Positions 1 through 11,869 of a stretch of DNA of 64,000 bases are shown here, piece by piece; position 1 is the stretch's first letter, and every line of letters starts with the position of its first letter. The notes below the pieces were generated by a model. That model saw only the letters and a list, made by a program, of their open reading frames with translations, was not told where the DNA came from and ran no database searches. The stretch is from Lingula anatina (taxonomy: Eukaryota > Animalia > Brachiopoda): NCBI GenBank assembly GCA_051362555.1, contig CM120643.1, forward strand, positions 4,216,001 through 4,280,000. The letters run 5' to 3'. The translations under genes were made by a program, and so were the position numbers.

Positions 1-364
1 TTTTTATGAAAAAATGGAATAATATCAATAAGTAGATTTTCCAATTAAAAATATACAAAGGTTAGACAAAATTCTAATTTCAAGAGGGGAATAGTGGTGC
101 GATATATTTTTCAGAAACCTCTAAATCTGCCACTGCGTTACCGATATGCACGTTACCATATTGCGTGTAGATTGTTGTTTTTGTTATTTACGTTGTGAGT
201 TGTCTGTCAGCGCAACACTCAATAACTCCCTTTCCTTTAACTTGTTTGATTCCGTTATAATCTTTATCTGCAGTTAGTGAAAGTGTAAGTCATTTACTTT
301 ACAACATCAATTGGCTACAAGTTGCCTTAAAATTTTGCATTTGATCCTCTATGAAGAGGAACTG

Positions 365-1935
365 TAGTGACCAACAAGGCTTTTAACTCTGAATTTTTTT
401 ACTTCTGAATAATTTGACTGTTACAGTGTATGCGCATTATTTTTTTCGCTCGGCTTTCTCCTTTATATTCGCTTAAAAAGAGAGAGAGAGGGTATTCTAA
501 TTAAGTTCATCCTTGTCGAACACAAACAGAAATGCTGTCAAAATGTTAATGCTTTGTCGATATCCATTTTCAATCACAGTTTTTTACCTATATCAAATAA
601 TTATGACGAAATGTCGCGTGTGATTTTCGCCAAAAAGCCGTGACGTCTGCAGCGCATCTCTGAGGCACGTTTACTAATTATTTTTCACTCGTGGAATGAT
701 TGTGTTAGTGCAGAAAATTTCTTTCTCACCAGATGACAACTGAAAACTTTGATAATATTTTTTGAACCACCATTAAGATCATCAAGGCCATCAAGATCAT
801 CATCGTTACAAATCTCTGAACATCACTTCCGGCCAGTCTTATATTACTTCAAGGAACCTAATTTGCATATAAGAAAAAAAATGCATTTTTTCTGATTAAG
901 GCTTGTCTCCAATTTTTTCATTATTTTCAAATAGCAATGTCATCTTTTGCTCACAAATCTGGACACCTTTATTCCAAATGCACTGTTTGTAAATTATGTA
1001 ATTAGAAATAATTTTTATATCACAGACGTGTATCACGATTTCACTCCACAGCCATAAAACTTGACACTAGCTGCATGGGTATAAAAGTAGGTCAATTGCC
1101 TGTATAAAATTGCCATACGATTATTGATTGTTTAGTGTGGACCGTTTTATGGGGGAGACACAAGTGGGAGATATATCAAGATACCAGCAAAATATTTTGG
1201 TTGCATGCGGGTACTGAAAGTCAGAGTATATTGCAAACTTTGAAAGAAAAGAGTGAAACTAGGCCACATCTCCAGCTTCATCATGTAAAACTTTAGATGC
1301 CACGGTCCCTCTATATTTCATTTGACTCTCCCTAAAATTTTTCAGACCACGTTAACTGTTCACATCCCGGGAACCGCGAAGCATCCAGCGAGGAAGCAGA
1401 CGCTGAGCTCTGCAGACGGCACATTGCATTCACAAGAGGGGGTAAAGGTTTTCTAGGGAAATGCTGTATTTTATTACATCTGACGAATTACGTGATAAAA
1501 GAAAGATGTTTTTTACATTTTTGAATTTATATTTACTAAGTGCAATGAGAGACGCCGATTCACTGTATTTCTTCTCAAAATTGACAGGTTAAAAAAAAAG
1601 AGCAAAAGGAGATTACCTATCTCCCCTATGAATCCTTACATGGCATATCCTATCCGTGAACTTTTGATCTACTTTAGTTTTCACACTCCTACACACGCTG
1701 AGTTTGTATGGTATCAGTAGAAATGGGGCGTATTGGTGGGACGTGGGGGGGGGGGGGGGAGAATGCTAATGTGACTTTTCATGTTCAAGAAGATATGGTA
1801 TTTCTATTTTGATAATGCTACATGTATAACATATTTGGGTTAATGAACAATATTACATCTGTTGTTTTATACGTATTTTTATGTAAAATAAAACATTTTA
1901 TTTTAAAAGATACTGAATTGAGAGCGTTGGCAACG
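365..1935. repeat. Segmental duplication, copy 1 (paralogous to 61330-62775)
   Basis: Long colinear matches. Examples: CACTTCCGGCCAGTCTTATATTACTTCAAGGAACCTAATTTGCATATAAG at ~824 vs TACTTCCGG... at ~61745; GCAGACGCTGAGCTCTGCAGACGGCACATTGCATTCAC at ~1396 and ~62321; TTTTCACACTCCTACACACGCTGAGTTTGTATGGTATCAGTAGA at ~1679 and ~62572. Confidence 0.93.
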
Positions 1936-2899
1936 GGGAAGAGCAGTTTTGTATCCAAACCCACAGTTGTTGATTATGCTGGTCTGCACATTCCGCGCTT
2001 TATTATAATTTTGTTCTGATTCGTTTATTTTATGATGATTTACTTAGGACAAATAGTGAACCGATGTACAACTTCGATGATTGAATTTGGCTCTCCCCCT
2101 CTTCGACGATGAGCCTGTGCGTGTGTGTGTGTGTGTGCGCGCGCGCGTGTGTGTTTAGTGTATGTGTAGAGGAGAGTGTATGTCGTTTTCACGTAGTCCT
2201 GCCATACATTGACAAGGTACCGACATTATTTTTAAAAATTAATTGTAGCTTAACTCGTACGTCAAGGGTGTGTATATTCTATTTTCATTTCCATTTGCTT
2301 GAAGCTGTATTTGTTGTTCAGGTTCCATTTTTAATTTAAAATTATTTTGCCTTTGTTCTTTTCATTAATTTTTCTTGTATTATTCTGAAAAGTTATTTTT
2401 TTTATTTTTAGGTAATAATTACTTAATGTTATAGATAGAGTGATCCAGATTTGTTCTTGATTCTATAAATTAGTGACAATACCACCAACAAGAATGCCTT
2501 AATTAAATCCGTTCTCTAGCGCGTGGTTTCCTACGTAAGGACTCCTATTTATGGTTTTGATGTGCACTGTTTGAACTTTGTCACTTCGGACTGCGATGGA
2601 AGTATGATGGTGATGAAGACGCACGTGCCGAGATTTAACGTTAATGCGAAATGATAATAGATAAAAGAATATCCAGCTTTAATTTCAGTTTATTTTCCGT
2701 GAAAGTTGTCTGATATCTTATTGATTCATGTGCCGATATATGTTTGCAATATCTACTTTATGTAGTAGTGGTAGCAGCAACAGTTCACAATTCACTGCCA
2801 GAGACTTTTTGCTTGCCTTGCTTGTATCTTTATTAAAAAGTACAAGCTTAAAGCGCAGATAATTGGTAGCTATGTAAAGTAATAGAACTAATAGTAATT

Positions 2900-3275
2900 A
2901 AAAGTGAAAACAATAGAAAAAAGCTGTCTTACGCCCTTAAAACTCGCATCAAGAACCACCACAGTACAAACAGTCACCATTTTGAGAGGACACATACGCG
3001 ACACAAGACAAAGACGGATTGTCGAGAAGTTCAAAAAAATATTAGACACTTCAAAAAAGGACTTTATAGAGACAATGAATATCTCAACGAATATTAGTCT
3101 TGTTTTATTATTACGTAATCTTCAAGACGTTAACCTAAATATCACGCACTTCTAACTTCGTGTCCCTTTTCCATGCATCATACGCCGCTTATACCAGTAG
3201 TTTGCTTGTTTATACTCTTGTTTTGGTACCTGAAGAAGGTTCACAAGCCAAAAGCTCGGGCATTTTTTCCATCTT
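2900..3275 (+). mobile_element. Possible Penelope-like element 3' remnant
   Basis: The ORF 2904-3155 end (RQRRIVEKFKKILDT) loosely resembles the end of a GIY-YIG domain. It is followed by CCTGAAGAAGG-N-GCCAAAAGCTCGG, resembling the hammerhead-type motif at Penelope termini. Confidence 0.4.
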
Positions 3276-3453
3276 TCAGAGTTAATCTTTACAGATGCGT
3301 TTTCAATATATTTTTTCGTAAAGATACGGAAGATGCTGTCGAATGAAAAATATGTAGTTTCATTTATCAGTCATAACAGTTAATTATCATAAAAGAGGTT
3401 TGTTATTTGATTCTGGTCCGAGGATCAACTGATTGTGAATTCGGCCAGAGACA

Positions 3454-3456
<3 letters not shown>

Positions 3457-3507
<51 letters not shown>
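3457..3507. repeat. (AG)n microsatellite
   Basis: Perfect AG run of about 50 bp. Confidence 0.97.
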
Positions 3508-3512
<5 letters not shown>

Positions 3513-4164
3513 TGCACTCTACCAGAGTCACAGATGGAGTTTTCACTAGATATTTACAGATATGTATAAAATGTAAGGATGTCTTTCATAGTTTTTTTTA
3601 AGATTCCTGTTTATTATTTGAGCGCACAGGACGATCGCTTTTGCTACGTTTTGTAAAAGCAGTATTGACGACAGCTATCATCAGAGTCTTCTAAAGGGGG
3701 TCCAACTCCCAACACGGTCGGAGGTGCGTTGTGTAGATGAATAATACAATATTTTGTCTCACTCGCTCTTTCTTTGGTGAGTCTTTCGATGCACACAAAA
3801 ATCGTTGCATAAGTTAGCTCAGCACCTGTGTTAATCATATTTAAAACACGAAATGCACTCATTTTTAGACCTTCGTTACTGTCGCTCCCAACACCATCTC
3901 ACATTTGCCTTAAAGTTTATTTTCAATAAAGTAGAAAATAAGGTACTTGTTTGGAAGCAAGTATAGGCCTAACGTCTAACTTCAGAAAATGTAGAGTATG
4001 TTTATCTTAAATAACGCAATAAATAACTTGCAGCTACTTTTAAAAGATGAAAAATCCTTCGTGGTGTATTTTTGCTCTAGATCATTAATTTTAGTTGCTT
4101 TCATGTTTTGAAATATTTTAGAAATTAATTAAATCTTCATTTTAGTTAAGACAAGGACTGAAGG

Positions 4165-4440
4165 CCCCGTTGGGTATTTTCCTTACCCGTAACAGCCACT
4201 CATCATTCCCCGAGATGTGAAGCACCCCATTCCTGTGAATCGTGAATTGCGGGTTTCTACATGTAGGCCTATCTCTCGTCCATAGTGGAACGAAGTCATT
4301 ATACTCGATGATAGTTATTTTCAGCTCGCCACACTAGCATTTTCAATGAGATACGAATTAAGTTTTTAATTAATTTGTGTGATTTGTAATTAGATGATTT
4401 TATTTCCTGTGGCCGTGAACTGTGATCACTACCCCCCCCC
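4165..4440. repeat. Second block of the segmental duplication (paralogous to 63735-64000)
   Basis: The motifs TGGGTATTTT..., GAAGCACC(C/T)CATTCCTGTG and GTGAACTGTGATCAC occur in the same order at both loci. Confidence 0.8.
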
Positions 4441-4560
4441 CCCTTCCCAGCGGGCCCTCATGATTAGCTGGACTATATGTTAATAGGGCACAGTCAAATG
4501 TTTTACACGAAACACGACAAAACTGCATTTTCCTAGAAAGCCATTTGCAAAACCTTCGTT

Positions 4561-4682
4561 CCCTTACTAAAAAAGTCCTATAGGATCCTATAAGATCCTA
4601 CAGGATTCTATAGAAAATTTGCCCAATTTCCTATAGGATCCTATAGGATCTTATAGGATCCTATAAGACTTTTTCGTTAGGG
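4561..4682. mobile_element. Palindromic MITE with CCTATAGGAT subterminal repeats (EnSpm-like)
   Basis: Termini CCCTTACTAAAAAAGTC and GACTTTTTCGTTAGGG, with internal 10-bp palindromic repeats. Confidence 0.7.
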
Positions 4683-5079
4683 TAATTACTACAGGCATTG
4701 AGATTTAGACCTTTTGAAAAAAAAATTAACGCGCATCTAACATATAGGCCTACTAGCACAGTCTATAAAGGTAAAGTACAGGTACTATTAACTTTGCAGG
4801 ATATTTAGGCAAAAATTGACTTTAGGATATTTTCAAGTATGTTAATTATACTTTTAATGGTAATCACTCAAATGTGAATGTCCTTAAATGCTCCATTAGC
4901 TCAAATGTAGCAAATTGTGTTAGCAGTGCTGAGATCCAGCAAATGTTGAAGCAAAAGGAAATGCATAATAATAACAATAAAAAAATTAAAATAACCTTTT
5001 TGTAATAATATATTCTCAATCACTAATCAAAAATATCATATCTAAACGAAAAACCAAAACTGAGTAAAAGCGGAGTAAA

Positions 5080-5400
5080 ACTGCGGCCCGCTTCATGTGA
5101 CCGGATGTGCTGAGATGTGACCCAGTATTCACTGCGGGTTTTATTTGACCTACATTAGTCGGGCTTAGTTCGGCGGAGCGGGAACGTTTTACACGTTGTG
5201 AAATAACGTTATAACAAGGACAATATAGATTTATGAGTTACCACAAAAGTTTGATCTGAAGCAGTATGACATTCTGCGATTTCTGACATCCTTTTGAAAG
5301 CATGCAAAGACATTCTTGATGACAGAAGGGTGAGTATTTTGTTGTAGTGATCTGGTACCGGAAGTCTTGGGATTGAAAGCGACAGTTGGGCGGGGTTTTT
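5080..5400. promoter_or_regulatory. CpG-rich promoter-like segment
   Basis: Local CpG enrichment, ETS motif CCGGAAGT (~5358), GC box GGGCGGGG (~5388) and a splice donor GGTGAGT at ~5329. No downstream CDS was identified. Confidence 0.35.
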
Positions 5401-6619
5401 GACAGAGAGAGAGAGAGAGAGAGAGTGAGAGAGAGCTGCAGATACAAGAGCTAGAGGATAGATAAAGGGAGTGTTATAAGTGTTATTCAGAAGATCTGGT
5501 TTTCTGGAAATGTCTGAGGTAAAACGTAAAAAGTTCTAGCAGAGTTAGGGAGCAATAGGGTTTCTATATGTTGTCCTAAAAATTATTTGTGTGGGGATTT
5601 TTGCAGTGTTCACTTCGTCCTATCAGGTATCTTTATAACTCTCTATTTAGCCATAGCCCTCCAACTGGAGTGAAGTAATGGCTTTGCATGTTAGGAATTC
5701 ATACATACCCCAGTATGTAGCCAAGTATAACATCACATTATTACAATGTTACATCTGGACTGCACCATTCCTGCATTGAATATAGTGTTGTGACACATTT
5801 TGAGACATGTCGGTCTGCTTAAGATGCAAAGTCACAAAAATGTCCCTCTAAATTTAGCTTAAATTGGCAAAACATCATATTGCAATTTGTGCATATTAGC
5901 AATTTTTTGAAAGTACAAATTTCTGTGAATATGAGGAAGCTGCCAGGTTTGACTTTGCCCAGGACCACTGCCAGTTTAGACATGCAAACAAAAATCCCTT
6001 TTTGCCGGGAAAAGGTTCCCTCTGGGTAAATTTTCATTTAGGTACACAATGGTTTCATGGTAAAAGGTCCACTTGTTTTAGGAAAAAAAAAAACCTTTTG
6101 AAATAGCTGGCTACAGGCCTGTTGAATGTTTATAATGAGTGTTTCTCTTTTTTGTTTTTTCAGCTCAGGCAAACAGTTTGACAGAGTGGTCAAATCTGAA
6201 AATGCAGTGATTCTCAATGAGATAGCAGAGAAAACCCTCACTGACCCAACACTAATCAAACTTGGAGGGAGAATACACTCATTATACGTGACTATGTTTT
6301 AGTTAAACAGAACAAAAGAAACAAACTCTCAACACCATAAAAACCTATTTTCTATATGGTCATGGAAATACATGGTTCTCAAGTTAGTGCCAGAAGAGTT
6401 ACAGACAGAAGAACAATCTGAAGAGACGCAAGTCAATTCAAACTGTGTAACAATGTCATAAACACAACAGATGATGTAATGAAAATTCCAGCAGACTTGT
6501 ATTTGAAAGAAAACACAAATGAGATGAGAAGACAAGATGATGCATGTGAATTGCAACTTAGTGATATATTACAGTGAAAAGTGACATTGCAGCAACAGAC
6601 ACACACAATATTCCAAACT

Positions 6620-8272
6620 CAGTGATTGCGAAAGAGATTGAACACTTACCAGACATGTGGGCTGGAGCAAATTAAATTTTGTCAGCCCACACCTTTTTTT
6701 ACCGGCCCACAACAAAATAATTAAGCTGTTTATTTTCACTTCATTTTTGATAAATATTATTGTCTGGCATTTTAAATCGCTGCTTTTTAATTTTCAGGCC
6801 AGATGTAGTAGGATATTTAAAGGTTTAAGTTTAAACGTCTTTCATTTTGGTTGCTTTCTGGCATTTAAGTTTTATCCTTTTTATATCTGGGTTGCTTATC
6901 TTAATTTCTAATCTTTTAACACAAGATCATGTATCCTTTGTAAATTTTATTCCAATATTTGACTAAAATTAAAATATAAGTCATAGTGAAGTGGAGCTTC
7001 CAACTTATCTAACTTTTTTTAGATTTTCACTCTTGGAAAAATGCTTGTCTGTTTGTTAGCAGGGATTGTCCTGGGTCAAAATCTGGTCGGGCCATTTTGG
7101 ACCACTTGGCCATTTTTTTAAAATGTCTGCCGTGAATTATTTAAAGAAAATTCATTGTATTTCAATATTTTTTACATGATTAAATTCAATGAAAAAAGGC
7201 TTGATGCTACTACTCTGAAGTCCTAAATAATTGTAGTGTGTGGAAAAATCTTCCAAAATAAACATACTGTCCGAAAAATTGTACAGTATTTAATGAAAAA
7301 ATCTTCAGAATTGATAGTTGCACTATGCCAAATAATTGCACTACATGGAAAAGGTAGACAAATTCCATTTTTATTGTAAAATAAAGCTATTGCTCTCATA
7401 GCAGGCCCGTAGCCAGCAATTTTAAAAGGGGGAGGGTCTTTTTCCATAAAAACGCCGTGTACGTAGATCAAATTTTACCAAGAGTGGACCTTTTGTCAGC
7501 ATAAGAGGCGGTTCTTTCGAAACCCCTGAACCATCCCTGGGTACGGGCCAGAGTCTGAAAAGAATCTTTATTCAATATCTAAGCTAGTTCGTTTAGATGA
7601 ATATAGGCCTAATGGACAGTTTTGCACCCTGACTGTGCCATTGCGGATTTTCCGCATTGAAAATGATGTTGTCCCTCATTTTGACATATAGCACCGCTAA
7701 AGGTGCAATATTACTTAAATATCCGTTAAAATTAGTTAAGAGCACCCATCTAAAAAGCAAATGAATATTTCTCCTTTTCACTTATCGTTTACTCAACATG
7801 CAGTCCGACGGAAGCCATACTTGTTTACCCAGCACGTGTAGTTAGGTGTTCTCAGAGGTCCGCGCGTGGCCAGTCGTAAGCAGTTTGAGCGACCTGTTTT
7901 CAGAGTCTTGAGCAGTACGATTTTCATTGACCTGTAGTTGTTTCAGTTTCGATACATTTTTTGTGAAACGGGTCACATGTCAGCCCTCACACCATCGCTA
8001 CGCACACTTCGAGCGACATTAAATGTACATAGACCTTTATTACAAAAATAGTGTTTGCTATTTGTACGCACCAGTATGGCGCAAGTTAAAGTTTTACTTG
8101 CGCACAGTGCGTACTTAGAGCTCTACGATAAGTTCAAATATGAGGCGAGGTGTCTGTTAAAGAAACCGACTTTAGTCCGTCGGACATGTGGGCCGATGAG
8201 TTAAAAGGGTTTTCCAGCCCACAGAGTTTTTGCCGGCATATGGCCGTGGTCCGACGGCTTTCGCAATCACTG
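6620..8272. mobile_element. Non-autonomous hAT-like DNA transposon with 6-bp TSD
   Basis: Perfect 15-bp TIR CAGTGATTGCGAAAG (6620-6634) / CTTTCGCAATCACTG (8258-8272), flanked on both sides by CAAACT. Confidence 0.88.
7402..7551. mobile_element. Small MITE nested in the hAT-like element
   Basis: Imperfect TIRs CAGGCCCGTAGCCAG and CTGGGTACGGGCCAG. Related fragments occur at ~6107-6121 and ~42280-42365. Confidence 0.65.
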
Positions 8273-8449
8273 CAAACTTAGATGATATTGCATTAAATAC
8301 AGAGAATTCAGTTGATGAGAAGATGACACAGCAAGAGAAAAACAGTGATCATATTGAAGAACCAATTTACACCAGACCAAAGAGAACAATTAGACAACCA
8401 GGTTACTTAAAAAATTATGTATTGAAGAGACAGTTCAATCAGTTATATG

Positions 8450-9056
8450 TAATCAGGATGAAGGGGGATCGTTGTCCTGAAAAAGAGTAACCTGAGATAA
8501 TTGATATTTAATCAGGATGAAGGGGAAAGCTGTCCTGAAAAAAAGTAATCTGAGATAATTGATATTTAATCAGGATGAAGGCAGATCGCTGTCCTGAAAA
8601 AAGTCACAATCTGAGATGATTTATATTTAATCAGGATGAAGGCTGATCGCTGTCCTAAAAAAAGTAATCTGCGATAATTTATATTTAATCAGGATGAAGG
8701 CAGATCGCCATCCTGAAAAAAGTAATCTGAGATGATTTATATTTAATCAGGATGAAGGCGGATCGCTGTCCTAAAAAAAATAATCTGAGATGATTTATAT
8801 TTAATCAGGATGAAGGCGGATCGCTGTCCTAAAAAAAGTAATTATATTTAATCAGGATGAAGGAGGATCGCCGTCCTGAAAAAAGTAATCTGAGATGATT
8901 TATATTTAATCAGGATGAAGGCGGATCGCTGTCCTAAAAAAAGTAATCTGAGATAATTTATATTTACTCAGGATGAAGGTGGATCGCTGTCCTGAAAAAA
9001 GTAATCTGAGATAATTTATATTTAATCAGGATGAAGGCGGATCGCTGTCCTGAAAA
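8450..9056. repeat. ~58-bp minisatellite, 11 copies, in the Gypsy 3' UTR
   Basis: Unit TAATCAGGATGAAGGCGGATCGCTGTCCTGAAAAAAGTAATCTGAGATAATTTATATT. CAGGATGAAGG recurs 11 times and one unit is shortened. Confidence 0.95.
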
Positions 9057-9188
9057 GCTTGAGCATATAGCACTCAAGATGTGACTTTATACAATATGAA
9101 AACTGAAAATTCTTCAGGATTCAGAATATTCAAGGATAATGATTTTTAAGTTAATATGTTGTAGAAAAAAAATTAAGGTTGGGAGGAG

Positions 9189-9320
9189 TGTTATATCCAA
9201 TACATGGCTGCCGATTAGGCGCGTCTTGACTGGGGCCACCACCTGGTGGATGACGTGGTAGTGGAAACAAGTGTGAAAGAAGCACATGGTAAGTGAGACC
9301 CACAGCACCTGGTCATAACA
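9189..9320 (+). mobile_element. Short 3' LTR of the Gypsy remnant
   Basis: TG...CA ends with a 6-bp terminal inverted repeat TGTTAT/ATAACA, immediately after a polypurine tract. Confidence 0.7.
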
Positions 9321-11529
9321 GACGATATGTATTCAACCCAAGGTGGAGCAGTGGTCATTACCCACGGTCACCCATTACCATGCCAAAAACACCTTCTTGC
9401 AGGTAGTGCACAAAATTATTGCTTGGTTTTGTTTTACTAGTTGTGTTACAATAGATATTTTGTCTTCTATCCTTCCCATGTAGATCAACAAACCAGTTAT
9501 CATATTTTGTGTTTTCTTTAAATTTAAATAAATTTTTCACTTCTCTCATGTTACTCCTCACAAAATGTACTTCTACATGGCACAGTCAACTGATATACTT
9601 ATCCCAGATTATTACAGCCATTGTTTATAGGCAATTTGTGTGCAAATTTCTCAAAAATCCCAGAAGATTAAGCAGAGTTCTGTTTATTTAACTTTGTTCA
9701 GTTTAAGAATGTGACAGTTGTACCAGTCACAATTGTGCCCAGCAGCCTCCAAAAGACATTTTAAACTTATCTCTGTTCAGTCACCATAACTGTGATGTCT
9801 GTCATATTAGGTGGACATTTGGTATATTGTAGGTTAATTAATCTTCTGGCTCTTGTGGACTGTCATGGTTCTGTCTTTTTATTAAGATAATATATGTTAC
9901 TTCATTAATATAATCTTCTCTCTTTTTCCAGCCCCAGTCTCTATACAGCATGGTTTCTTCTAGGTGAACTGACTTTACCTGGCTGAACATGGGGGACATG
10001 TATTTTATAAGAAGCAGACATAAAAAGACAGCAACAGGAACATCGTCATCTCACCCAGTTGTGCAAGACACGGGATGTGGCAAGTTTTAGGATGAATGAA
10101 CAGCCAGAGACCGGACAACCATTGTAAACAGATAACTGGACCTCTTGGAAATAGTAGACAAAATGTATGGCTGTTTTTTTTTTTTTTTTTTTTTTTTATA
10201 CAAGTAAGGATTGATAGGTAATTCGTTTCCCCTCTTTCCTTTGTGTAGAGACACAAAATTGTAACTTTTTTTTTGGGGATTATTGCATGGATTATTATGA
10301 ATAAAATTAATGTTTCACTGCTTTGACTGTAATATAAATTTAAATTTTATGGTCATTAATTGTTTTTATTAATCACACCTGTCATTTGTTAAGAATTTGA
10401 ACCAATTCATCTTGTACATACAAAACACAAAATAAACACATTTTAATTTGATCATCATCACATTCAGAAATAAATATCAAGTATGATGCAAGAATGAATT
10501 TATGCATTTTACAAAAGCATCCTATATATGAATAGTGTATCATTAAATGGTTCCTAATAATAGTTTGGACTATAATGAAGAGATGATCCAGTTGCACTAC
10601 AAACTGTTACACTCATTTCATCTATATTTTTAGCACTTCTGGAATTCTATAAAGAGCTGCGGGCAGACCAAGAGGTCAATTTTATCCTGAGTGAGAGAGA
10701 GTGCTGCCAGAACCACCCAGAACAAGACTTCCAAACACGGCAGATCCTGTGGAGCCAGTTATATGGAACAGTACAATTACACAACAAATGTGGGTTCCAG
10801 GTAACACAAAGAATCAATTTCCCCCATATGTATGGAAACTATGGAGGCAGGGTATATATAGCAAGGAGAGATTGTGTTGGACAATACTCTGTCACTGAGG
10901 ACAAATAGACATAATGGATATGTTTAAAAGTGTATAGATATTTCAGCTCAGTTGTGATGTGTTATAATAATTTTCCCCACATGCATGGAAACTGTTACAG
11001 TACTAGTAGAGGTAGCATATACAGTGAGATTGTGGTAGACAATAAGTCATCACTGAAGAGAAAAAGACTTCAGTGAAAATGTTTTAATGTGAATACATAT
11101 ATTTCAGGTCAGATATGATGTGTTATAGATGATCTCTGTTATTGTGAGTTCATTAAGGTATAATTGCAAATTTTATCACATATTTATTATATACAGACAC
11201 TTTCAGTCTGTCTTTATTCTGATCACTGTGTCTGTCCAGTGTCATTGCCATAGTCAGCACTTAGTGACACATCTGTTGTTTACCCTAAAACTGATAAACT
11301 GTATTTTTGTTTTGAATTCCTCTAGAAACTCTGCATGATTTGATTATTTTATGATATTGTTTTGTTATCTTTAGTAGTTTGAGTATGATGCTACAGTATT
11401 TCCTGAGTATATCAAATTAAAGCAGCAATGTAGATTTTATATATGATATTTTATTTACTGAATATTGTCATTTTGTGAATTTATGAAATTATTATAAGTT
11501 CATTGTTAAATGATTTGTCAGGTGCATGA

Positions 11530-11720
11530 CAGCAGTCAGAAGGTTCATTGGTCTGATAGTTTGATGATGCCAAGATCCAGTGGTTCAAAAGGTTCAATAG
11601 TCAGAAGGTTCATTGGTCTGATAGTTTGATGATGCTAATGTCCAGCTGTTCCAAAGGTTTGCTAGTCAGAAGGTTCACTTGTCTGAGGTTTCATGGTTCA
11701 TAGGTTGTAAAGTCCCAAAG
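11530..11720. repeat. Degenerate tandem of AGTCAGAAGGTTCATTGGTCTG units
   Basis: About 3 copies of the motif, related to the GGTTCATTGGTCCGAA repeats of the MITE at 22960-23116. Confidence 0.65.
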
Positions 11721-11869
11721 TATGAATGGTACATAGTGTAATATAGCAATGATAATATTTGTGGAGGGTGTTTATGTTTTACTGACTGTTCATGATTCCG
11801 TAATGTCCCAGATTTGGACAGGTGCTACTTTATCTGTGATTTTCATTGTTTCTTGAACACAAATATTTG

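Larger units (their letters stand above)
6165..9320 (+). mobile_element. Decayed Gypsy LTR retrotransposon 3' part (integrase C-terminus, 3' UTR, PPT, 3' LTR), interrupted by a DNA transposon
   Basis: ~6290-6460 translates DYVLVKQNKRNKLSTP*KPIFYMVMEIHGSQVSARRVTDRRTI*RDASQFK (GPY/F-type integrase tail, with stops). The pol tail resumes at 8273 and ends YTRPKRTIRQPGYLKNYV. The PPT AAGGTTGGGAGGAG is directly followed by TGTTAT...ATAACA (9189-9320). Confidence 0.8.

Noticed and set aside
640-1740. snRNA or telomerase RNA gene suggested by the octamer and TATA motifs
   Set aside because: I recognised no snRNA sequence, Sm site or CTAACCCT template. It is kept only as an unexplained conserved block.
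3644-3862. 72-aa minus-strand ORF as the exon of a duplicated gene
   Set aside because: No recognisable protein similarity, and the paralogous position (~63200-63468) does not conserve the reading frame.
8450-9056. CRISPR-like array of palindromic repeats
   Set aside because: The inter-repeat sequence is itself repeated (no unique spacers), there are no cas genes, and the context is eukaryotic.
9560-10900. Possible further integrase (NRTLLNLLG) and AT-hook (GRPR) exon fragments
   Set aside because: Too short and too degraded to assign by eye.
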